Origin: an uncultured Acidobacteriaceae bacterium
Lineage (GTDB): Bacteria; Acidobacteriota; Terriglobia; Terriglobales; Acidobacteriaceae
Length of the DNA stretch: 64,000 nt
Direction: 5' to 3'
NCBI GenBank assembly: GCA_963734675.1
Contig: CAVTHZ010000008.1
Coordinates: 131,513 to 195,512 of the forward strand
Shown: in pieces, positions 1-8,613 of the stretch
Numbering within the stretch: the stretch's first letter is position 1
Layout of the letters: the number at the start of each line of letters is the position of its first letter
The notes under the pieces: generated by a model
The model's database searches: none
What the model saw: the letters and a program-made list of their open reading frames with translations, nothing else
Told to the model about the DNA's origin: nothing
Made by a program: the position numbers and the translations under genes

Positions 1-1
1 T

Positions 2-349
2 GTTTACACGGAAACGAGGAGCGGATGGTCGGGTTCTATTCTTACAGCTTCCGATGCGGCAGTCGGAAATGAGTTTGGGACTTCCGTGGCCATCAGTAAC
101 AACACGATTATTATCGGGTCGCCTGGTAATCAGGTCGGTTCGAATGTTGTTCAGGGTGCTTCGTATCTATTCGTGAAACCGGCGACTGGTTGGGCGACCA
201 TGACCGAGACAGCAGAGATCTTTGCCTCAGATGGGACTGCTAATGATAACTTCGGCTCTTCGGTTGCAATCTTTGGGAACTATGTCGTGGCAGCCGGTGG
301 CTACAGCACTAATTACAAGAACAGTGCCGTCTATGTTTTTGGTCCCTAA
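2..349 (+). CDS. FG-GAP (integrin-alpha-like) repeat protein, C-terminal fragment; 5' end lies outside the window
   Basis: Frame 2 is open from the window edge. The translation shows repeated FG-GAP-type units (DAAVGNEFGTSVAIS, SDGTANDNFGSSVAIFGNYVV). Stop at 347-349. Confidence 0.7.
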   Translation, partial: VYTETRSGWSGSILTASDAAVGNEFGTSVAISNNTIIIGSPGNQVGSNVVQGASYLFVKPATGWATMTETAEIFASDGTANDNFGSSVAIFGNYVVAAGGYSTNYKNSAVYVFGP

Positions 350-746
350 TGCGGCGTCCGCTCATATGTGGCTATCGCGTTATTCCCTAATCTCGGGTAC
401 CACTTGTGCGCCGAAGGAATTCTTTCTCAAAACTCGCTTTTCTATCATGCGTCGGACCTCCCGTGTTGCCTATTTCAACGGATTTCCGTAGCTGTCTGAT
501 TAGCTTTGGCGGGTTATAGTGCCAAATCTAGACATCTAATAGCCACTTGAGGCGATATCGTTGCAAACTGTATTCATCTGCATCAGTTCTGCTTGACACC
601 GAGCGCAATGAGTGACACAAGTAAAGACGCAGGCCCGGTTTGGAAAGTTCCCGCTTCTGTCGGTCGCGCTATTGTTCGAGGGCCCGCCGGGACAGGCTAC
701 GAGCCAAAGTATCGCATACCTTTAGACTTGCGGAGGTCGACATCCC

Positions 747-1535
747 ATGAAAACCTTCTTTGTCGCAGGAGTATTGGTACTTCTACTTCTCACGGTAACT
801 CTCGCGAGCAGCCAAGTATTGAATGTTGACACGAGTGGAAACGTCACTCAAGCGGGTAATCTTACAATCCAAAATCCAGGTACTGCGCCGGTTATTGACC
901 TTTCAAATTCCAACTGCGCTGGCGCCGCCTGCGTCACGGCAAACGAGTTCTTGCAATTTGGCTGGGACGGTACCAATTCCGCTTTTCAAATCACAACCAA
1001 GGCAACTGGAACCGGGACAGGGCGGAATATCGAAATAACTCCGAGCGGATCGCCGACAAGCTACGTTGCGAATACCTCTGGCGGCTTCACAAATGGTAAG
1101 TGGACTGTTGGGTCTTCCGGAATATTCACGCTATACAACAATGTGACGACCGCCGGTATCGGCACTGCGGCAGTTGTTGGTGTCACTGACCTTACCAACC
1201 AGACTGCCAGTTTCACAGCGACCAACATTGTACCTTCCACACCTGCATCTGGACACTATGAGATTCGCTACTATGCGGACATAACCTCAGCTTGTACAAC
1301 TGGCTCTGCTACGTGGACCTTCGTCTTCGGTTGGTCGGACGCGACTTCTGCCCGCACGCTCACAACTACGTTGAATGTGGGAACCTCGCTGTCCGCAACT
1401 TCCTACATTGAGGGGGTAATTCCGCTCTATGCTCAAAGCGGCAGTGCCATTTCCGTTACTGAAACCCGGTCTCCAGTTTGCGGTTCCGGAACGCCTCACT
1501 TCGACATTCACGCCGACGTCGTCTGGACTGCGTAG
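747..1535 (+). CDS. secreted hypothetical protein (Thr/Ser/Gly-rich, beta-rich)
   Basis: 262-aa ORF with an N-terminal signal peptide (MKTFFVAGVLVLLLLTVTLASSQ). No recognisable catalytic motif. Confidence 0.6.
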   Translation: MKTFFVAGVLVLLLLTVTLASSQVLNVDTSGNVTQAGNLTIQNPGTAPVIDLSNSNCAGAACVTANEFLQFGWDGTNSAFQITTKATGTGTGRNIEITPSGSPTSYVANTSGGFTNGKWTVGSSGIFTLYNNVTTAGIGTAAVVGVTDLTNQTASFTATNIVPSTPASGHYEIRYYADITSACTTGSATWTFVFGWSDATSARTLTTTLNVGTSLSATSYIEGVIPLYAQSGSAISVTETRSPVCGSGTPHFDIHADVVWTA

Positions 1536-2896
1536 CACCGAAAAAGCCGGATGCTGGATGGTTCGCCGAAATCATCCCTACGTATTACATAAGGATCAAG
1601 CAAACCGAAGACTCATTGTTCGAGAGGCCGATTCCGGGCACCAGATTGATGCCTTGTTGGCGTCTCATTGATTTTGTTGTCTCGCGCATGGAGTGATCTG
1701 GACGTGCAAGTTGTTCTTTGTGATTGGGTTGGCGACCATTTTAAGCATGGGTCTGCAGATTCGTTTTGAAGCTGCCTGGCACACAACCTTCCGCCCCCGC
1801 AAGCCGCTTCCCCTGCACATTTGAAGTCTCCCAAGCCTATTGGTGTCCAATGGCATACAATCTGTACTTGTATAGTGTCCCAATGGAGTACGAGAGAATT
1901 GTGCGGCGCGGTTTTTTGTGTTTATATCTGGCGCAACGAGAGTCTTCCGGTTTTTCTTGTCACCGTTTTCCGAAGAATGAGAAAGAAAATCTGTCGATGT
2001 CAGAGCGCAACACGCTTAAAGAAAAGAGCCGATAGTATTTTGGAGACCTACGGGAGCTAGCATGAAAACGCAATTCGAGCAGATGATTCATGTACTTTGC
2101 TCACCATCATCGACGAGAATCCCGCTGACGTGCTCACCGCGCTTGATTCCCGCTGCCGTTTGCAGCTGCTGTCGGCTCTTCTAACCCCAGCGCCGTCTGC
2201 GGGCGTGGTAGAAGGCGTCAGACGCCTAGTGGCATTACAAAACGGAAGGAATATTCTGCTGAGGGCGGAAGAGAATCACGAAGTGAAACTGAAAAAGAAC
2301 TGCTTCCGATTCGCGACGAGACTCGTGATCGAGCGTACGAGCGACGAGTTCTTGAACCCGTGACTTCAACCCACGATCGTCACGTCTCTAACGACTTTTC
2401 AAGGACTTAGGCGGCCACCCAGAGTCACTTAAGTTGTTGAAACTACGAGATAACGTAGCACTGAAAAAACTACGTTCTAGTTCCGGGCGATCCAGTCCGT
2501 GTGGCCTTAGTCTTTCAACGTAATCGACGCAGAGCGCCTCTTCCATTACTCCAAGAAACTGCACCGGATTTTGCACCGACTGCCTGCATCCGGCGCTTAC
2601 CGGCGCCTACTGGCCATGCCGAAGGACCTTGTCGGAAGTGATAGAGGCGAAAGGTAGAAGGTTAATTATCAGAAGTTTGTAGAGGATTTCTAAAGCGACA
2701 CGGTTAGATGGTGTGTCTGCCAGTTCCACCACTTCCGCACGGATGTGAAACCACACTCGAAGGGCAAGCTGGATTATAGCAGAGAGGCTTCAGCAAGAAC
2801 CGCCCCAAGCGCAGATAATGGGCGAGGATTTCGACTTTCGATCGTCCCTGAAAATCCCCCCCCACGAACTTTGATGGCAGCACGCTTCGCGACAGG

Positions 2897-3139
2897 CTAC
2901 GCGACGTTCGTCTTGCGGAAGCGCTCCCACCACACCTTCGGGTCATCAGGTTGGTTGAGCATCTGGGAGAGTTCCTCCTTGATCTCGCGCAACCGATTGG
3001 CGCGCAGCTCAAGAGCGGTTTGATCGTGCTCGCTGTGAATGCCATTCTTGCTGACCAGGGCATTCGAGTTGCGCAAAGAAGTAATTTCCCGGCGAAGGCT
3101 GGAGAGGTGCTCTGAGATGTATGGCATCTCCTTTATCAT
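2897..3139 (-). CDS. small hypothetical coiled-coil-like protein
   Basis: ORF 2897-3214 trimmed to the internal Met (MIKEMPYISEHLSSLRREITSLRN...ELRANRLREIKEELSQ). Heptad-like charged sequence. The start is uncertain and no family is recognised. Confidence 0.3.
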   Translation of the reverse strand: MIKEMPYISEHLSSLRREITSLRNSNALVSKNGIHSEHDQTALELRANRLREIKEELSQMLNQPDDPKVWWERFRKTNVA

Positions 3140-3317
3140 ACCCTGTATTGGCAGGATTGACGGGTAATTCGGCGGCACGCGCGACCCCCACCTCTTGCGC
3201 AGAACGCAAAACAAGCACGGGACAGTTCCATATGAGGAGATGTTAATCGGGTAACACCCCTAATTTTCGATCCACCAAAAAGCCCGCCCACAGCAAAGCT
3301 TGGGACGGACACACTCC

Positions 3318-3857
3318 TCAGGATTCGAAGTGATCTAAGGCCGCGCCGGGCCACTCGCCAACCTCGCTCAACAACTGCCAACCCTCCCGATAAACTTCGT
3401 ACTTGGAACGTCGTCTCCGGGGCACCGGATACAGCTTTATGCCTTTGATCTTTCGGAACACGGTTACCGGAACCACGTACCACAAATCCTCCGGGACGAT
3501 GTATGCCACCAGCACGTCGATTTCTTCCAGGCTATAAGTTTTCTTGGTATTGCTCCCACTTGCCCGAAACGCGTAGCCGCCCTGATCGCTGCCCCGGGCA
3601 GCCGATTTCACCTGCACTCGCCACAACCTCGTCCCCGAATCCACAATCAAGTCGTAAGGCTCGCTGTCGCCCCACGGCTTCGATACCCCAAATCCCATCC
3701 TCGACGCCTTATGCAGAAATGCTGCCTCCGCCATCTCTCCGCGCCGTTTCCGCGTAAGCCCAGCCCACCAGGCCGCATCCCGAGCCCGCCACTCCCCAGC
3801 CTCCGCCACTGCCATCAAATCCCCAATACAAACACCCATACCCATCATCCTCTCCAC
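3318..3857 (-). CDS. PD-(D/E)XK nuclease superfamily protein (resembles the group-I-intron-associated PDDEXK_5 type)
   Basis: Motif string GEMAEAAFLHKASRMGFGVSKPWGDSEPYDLIVD...LWRVQVKS fits the D...(D/E/Q)xK core of small stand-alone PD-(D/E)XK nucleases. The true start is probably an internal Met. Confidence 0.55.
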   Translation of the reverse strand: MERMMGMGVCIGDLMAVAEAGEWRARDAAWWAGLTRKRRGEMAEAAFLHKASRMGFGVSKPWGDSEPYDLIVDSGTRLWRVQVKSAARGSDQGGYAFRASGSNTKKTYSLEEIDVLVAYIVPEDLWYVVPVTVFRKIKGIKLYPVPRRRRSKYEVYREGWQLLSEVGEWPGAALDHFES

Positions 3858-3874
3858 GTTCCCGATAAAGTTTT

Positions 3875-3945
3875 GTCATCCCGAGCGGAGAAGGCGGGCC
3901 GCGTAGCGGACCGTCTTCGCAGTCGAGGGACCTGTTGTTCTTGTG
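3875..3945. repeat. GTCATCC(C/T)GAGCG-type intergenic repeat copy (degenerate)
   Basis: GTCATCCCGAGCGGAGAAGGCGG...CGCAGTCGAGGGACCTG. Same family as the copies at 7171, 15167 and 35379, with a partial copy near 12270. Confidence 0.6.
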
Positions 3946-4206
3946 CGCCGCCACCAATGTCGCTCGCCACCTTCTCCAGCCCAAAAAACCAAAAGCCCCA
4001 ACCGGAAAACCGGATGAGGCCGAATCGATCACATTTCGCGACGATACATAAATCATCCCACGGAGAGGGACATAGCGTCAAGCAAATTCGCAAAGGCACA
4101 CTATAGCCTGTTGGACTTCGCTGTAATTCCCGTCACTTAGAACGCAAGCAGACCACGGACTTACTCAATGATCCAGCTCAGCGTTGTTCCGATCCGGGAA
4201 CCCAAA

Positions 4207-4291
4207 ATGTCTGTCAGGACATTTGAGAATAGCCCGGCGCTTCAGCGCCGGGTAAGCTTACCAACGTGTGAATCGCGTCCCGGAGAGACGC
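4207..4291. repeat. cluster of REP-like hairpins upstream of the truncated RAYT gene
   Basis: Three short stem-loops: AATGTC-TGTCAG-GACATT (4207-4224), CCCGGCGC-TTCA-GCGCCGGG (4233-4252) and GCGTC-CCGGAGA-GACGC (4275-4291). Confidence 0.55.
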
Positions 4292-4313
4292 CTGATCCTC
4301 TCGGAGCCATCTA

Positions 4314-4544
4314 ATGTCGCATACTTACGTTTCCTGCCTGATTCATTGTGTATTCTCCACGAAGAATCGCCGCGATTTGATCGCTGAAGAGGTTCAACCT
4401 CAACCCTGGGCATTCCTGGGCGGGATAGCGGGAAAGAACGGCTTCAAGTCCGTGATAGGCGGCGGAACAGCGAACCATGTTCACACTCTCCTGTCATTAC
4501 CCGCGACACTGCCGCTCGCGAATTCGACAAGAGAGCGAGCATAG
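4314..4544 (+). pseudogene. REP-associated tyrosine transposase (IS200/IS605 TnpA-like, Y1 HUH), C-terminally truncated
   Basis: MSHTYVSCLIHCVFSTKNRR...GGTANHVHTLLSLPATLPLA carries the HUH motif (HVH). It stops after 76 aa, before the region that would hold the catalytic Tyr helix. Downstream sequence is REP-like, not coding. Confidence 0.65.
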
Positions 4545-4622
4545 CAAAGCAAAGGTCCGGAGGGACCACCAATAATAGCCCACCAGTTCACTGGCGGGAA
4601 AACGTCCAGCAAAACCCCAACC

Positions 4623-4639
4623 GCGTCCCGTAGGGACGC
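4623..4639. repeat. REP-like perfect hairpin downstream of the truncated RAYT
   Basis: GCGTCCC-GTA-GGGACGC (7-bp stem). Related to the GCGTCCCGGAGAGACGC hairpin at 4275-4291. Confidence 0.55.
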
Positions 4640-4730
4640 CTGAAACCAACCGGAAGCATCCGGGGCAGCTCTCGGCGTTACGACCGCTCTCACACTTTGT
4701 TTACGTTCGCAATTTCGGTAGACTCAGACC

Positions 4731-5045
4731 ATGGCACGCATCCCCACTAACCGGAAACGCCACGCCCACGACCTGATCGACCGCATGGCGCCGGCACAGC
4801 TCTCAGCCGTGGTCAATCTATTGGAGGTCATGCTCGATCCGCTCGCATCCGCGCTGGCGAATGCGCCCGACGACGATGAACCAATCGGCGAAAAAGAGGC
4901 CCGCGAAGCGGAAGAATCCAAAGCTGCCCTGGCCCGTGGCGAGGGTGTTCCGCACGAAAAAGTTCTGGCCGATTTTGGGCTCAGCGCCGAAGACTTCGAG
5001 CGCATGGGCAGTACGCCCCTAAAGGCCGAGCGCCGCAAGCAGTAA
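4731..5045 (+). CDS. type II antitoxin (partner of the RelE/ParE toxin)
   Basis: 104-aa acidic protein. Its stop lies 1 nt before the start of the RelE/ParE-like ORF. The conserved-looking C-terminal HEKVLADFGLS segment is typical of antitoxins paired with RelE-family toxins. Confidence 0.65.
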   Translation: MARIPTNRKRHAHDLIDRMAPAQLSAVVNLLEVMLDPLASALANAPDDDEPIGEKEAREAEESKAALARGEGVPHEKVLADFGLSAEDFERMGSTPLKAERRKQ

Positions 5046-5046
5046 A

Positions 5047-5298
5047 ATGCCCAAGAAGATCATCTGGAGCGAACGCGCCCAGGCCCAACTTCGAGCAATC
5101 GACCAATCAACAGCGCTTCGCATCCTTCACGCCGTCGCCCGCGCCGCCTTCACTGGTGAGGGTGATATCAAGCGGCTCAAAGGAATCGAGCCTCCCGAGT
5201 TTAGGCTGCGCGTCGGAGATTACCGCATTCGCTTTCGTGAGCCGGAGAATTCCGTCGATATTATCTCTGTGAAGCACCGCCGCGAAGCCTATCGTTAA
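5047..5298 (+). CDS. RelE/ParE-family type II toxin
   Basis: 83 aa. IIWSERAQAQLRAI...FRLRVGDYRIRFREPEN..IISVKHRREAYR matches the RelE/ParE fold signature (RxGDYR, trailing R..AY). Confidence 0.8.
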   Translation: MPKKIIWSERAQAQLRAIDQSTALRILHAVARAAFTGEGDIKRLKGIEPPEFRLRVGDYRIRFREPENSVDIISVKHRREAYR

Positions 5299-5312
5299 CC
5301 ACCTCAAGGAAC

Positions 5313-5346
5313 AAAAAAGCCCCGCTCTCGCGAGCAGGGCTTTTGA
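5313..5346. terminator. bidirectional rho-independent terminator between relE-like and groEL
   Basis: AAAAAA-GCCCCGCTC-TCGC-GAGCAGGGC-TTTT. The GC stem is flanked by an A-run and a T-run and sits between convergent gene ends. Confidence 0.75.
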
Positions 5347-5384
5347 GTTTGCTGAAAGCTGACGGCTGATAGCTGGAAGCTTTC

Positions 5385-7084
<1,700 letters not shown>

Positions 7085-7170
7085 TTACCTGCGGAAATTT
7101 CTTTTGAGGCTCTCAGCTGTCAGCCGTTGAGCTTTCACGTCCTGGTTTCGAGCTTCGAGCTAAACCGTTT

Positions 7171-7215
7171 TTCATCCTGAGCTGCGCTCTTTTGCGTTGC
7201 GAAGGACCTTAGGGA
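7171..7215. repeat. GTCATCCTGAGCG-type repeat copy inside the groES-groEL spacer
   Basis: TTCATCCTGAGCTGCGCTCTTTTGCGTTGCGAAGGACCT. It lies in an unusually long (217 bp) groES-groEL intergenic region. Confidence 0.6.
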
Positions 7216-7271
7216 ATTACCGCGCGTCAGCCCGCGAAGCGGAATGACACTAACGCGCAACGCGCCCTCCA

Positions 7272-7607
7272 TTATTTTCTCGAACCAGCGAGTTCCTTCT
7301 TTGCAGGGTTCGCAGCTCCGGTCAGAATGCCGAGGACTTCATCTTCTTTCATGATGATGTACTCTTCGCCGTCAATCTTGATTTCGGTGCCGGAGTATTT
7401 GCCGAACAGGATGCGGTCGCCCTCTTTTACAGCCAGAGGAAAAGTCTTGCCTTCGTCGTTGGTGCGGCCTTTGCCGGTGGAGATGACTTCCCCCTCCTGC
7501 GGTTTGTCCTTCGCGCTATCCGGAATAATGATGCCACCGCGGGTGGTGGTCGCTTCTTCCACGCGCTTTACCAGAATGCGGTCGTGTAGTGGGCTGAATT
7601 TCGCCAT
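7272..7607 (-). CDS. groES: co-chaperonin GroES
   Basis: [45 protein letters not shown]...[30 protein letters not shown] is a canonical GroES. It carries a short C-terminal extension. Confidence 0.95.
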   Translation of the reverse strand: MAKFSPLHDRILVKRVEEATTTRGGIIIPDSAKDKPQEGEVISTGKGRTNDEGKTFPLAVKEGDRILFGKYSGTEIKIDGEEYIIMKEDEVLGILTGAANPAKKELAGSRK

Positions 7608-7681
7608 ATTGCAACTCCTTTCATGCTTGTAGAAGGTTGAGGTACTTGAACATATGAATTTGTTGGGAAATAGGCAGGCTG

Positions 7682-7708
7682 TTAGCAGTCTCGCCTACTG
7701 AGTGCTAA
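7682..7708. promoter_or_regulatory. CIRCE operator (HrcA binding site) upstream of groES
   Basis: TTAGCAGTC-N9-GAGTGCTAA, one mismatch to the consensus TTAGCACTC-N9-GAGTGCTAA. About 75 nt upstream of the groES start. Confidence 0.9.
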
Positions 7709-7737
7709 TTATAGGGATGTGAGCGGGGCATTGTCAA
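7708..7737 (-). promoter_or_regulatory. sigma-70 type promoter of groES-groEL
   Basis: On the minus strand: TTGACA (7737-7732), 18-nt spacer, TATAAT (7713-7708). The last T of the -10 box is the first base of CIRCE. Confidence 0.75.
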
Positions 7738-8060
7738 GGGGTGCATGTTCCACAATTCTGCAGGTTTGCGCTCAGTGGAGGATCGCACAATTTGCAAACC
7801 GAACGACCTAGGGATTTGTCGGCACAAACGGGGAACGGGCACCACGTTGTGGGCTTCCCTGCTTCATGATGACAAAGCCGTTCGGTCGATCGCGGTTGTG
7901 CCGTCGGCTGAGGGAAATTGGTTTTTTTTGCCCGCAACGAAGCGCGATGTTATATTCGCCCGCCCTGCACGGCTTTTTCGCTTGTCTCAGGGCACAATCC
8001 GGAATCACAAGGATGGACGGTCGACAAGACCCTGACTAATGGGCAATCTCAGATCCTCTC

Positions 8061-8089
8061 TTGAATTAGTTAGTCAACGGATCAATAAT
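8061..8089 (+). promoter_or_regulatory. possible promoter for the small Cys-rich peptide gene
   Basis: TTGAAT (8061-8066), 17-nt spacer, AATAAT (8084-8089), about 85 nt upstream of the ATG at 8176. Sequence match only. Confidence 0.3.
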
Positions 8090-8175
8090 CGCCTTACCGC
8101 TGCAAGCAATTCACCGTTGGTCACGTGGCGGCTTGCGCAGCTTCGTCTTATCTCAAAACAAAGTAAGGAGCGCTT

Positions 8176-8337
8176 ATGAAAAAGCAGACGAAACTGGCAC
8201 TTAAGAAGATTACATTGAAGGACCTCGATGAGGCCAAGCTGGATACGATGGCTGGCGGCCTCTCGGATACGGGATGCACGCGGTGTCCGACTGCGTACAA
8301 AACTTGTTTTGGCCCGAGTTGCCCGGACGTGTGTTAA
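8176..8337 (+). CDS. small secreted-peptide precursor with a double-glycine leader and Cys/Ser/Thr-rich core (candidate RiPP/bacteriocin precursor)
   Basis: Not in the ORF track (53 aa). AAGGAG at 8165-8170 lies 5 nt before the ATG. Translation: MKKQTKLALKKITLKDLDEAKLDTMAGG LSDTGCTRCPTAYKTCFGPSCPDVC. Stop TAA at 8335-8337, followed by a hairpin terminator. Confidence 0.6.
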   Translation: MKKQTKLALKKITLKDLDEAKLDTMAGGLSDTGCTRCPTAYKTCFGPSCPDVC

Positions 8338-8359
8338 GCGGGATTTCAGGGAATTGGAA

Positions 8360-8395
8360 GCCCGTTCAGGCTTTGCCTGGACGGGCTTTGTTTTG
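8360..8395 (+). terminator. rho-independent terminator after the small peptide gene
   Basis: GCCCGTTCAGG-CTTTG-CCTGGACGGGC (one mismatch) followed by TTTGTTTTG. Confidence 0.7.
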
Positions 8396-8540
8396 CGGTC
8401 CGCAATGGTTTGAAGCCCTCGGAAACGTGAGCCTAGTTGGCATATAAGCGGGCTCTATTCGAGGCTTTCATTATTAAGAGAGATGCGCCGAGCGATTGTT
8501 TCGGCACGCTAAAGTCATGCCCTTACTGTATTCTGCGCAC

Positions 8541-8578
8541 AAAAACCGCTTCCCCTTCCTTTTGGGAAGGGGAAGCGG
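8541..8578 (-). terminator. rho-independent terminator after the FG-GAP protein gene
   Basis: Stem CCGCTTCCCCTTCC / GGAAGGGGAAGCGG (8546-8578), with a T-run on the minus strand (complement of 8541-8545). It starts about 35 nt after the stop at 8614. Confidence 0.75.
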
Positions 8579-8613
8579 TTAGTGCCGGTTTGTGTGACCA
8601 CTTATCGCGCTGT

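Noticed and set aside
2062-2363. 39-aa Cys-rich ORF with a GGGAG RBS (2062-2181), and an overlapping TTG-started 88-aa ORF (2097-2363)
   Set aside because: The two are mutually exclusive frames with no recognisable motifs, lying in a low-GC, ORF-poor stretch. There is not enough evidence to call either, so they are mentioned only under the 1536-3317 finding.
8228-8413. 61-aa ORF overlapping the small peptide gene in another frame
   Set aside because: It has no RBS, is Arg-rich and low-complexity, and runs through the terminator hairpin. The 53-codon ORF at 8176-8337 has an RBS and a coherent leader/core architecture.
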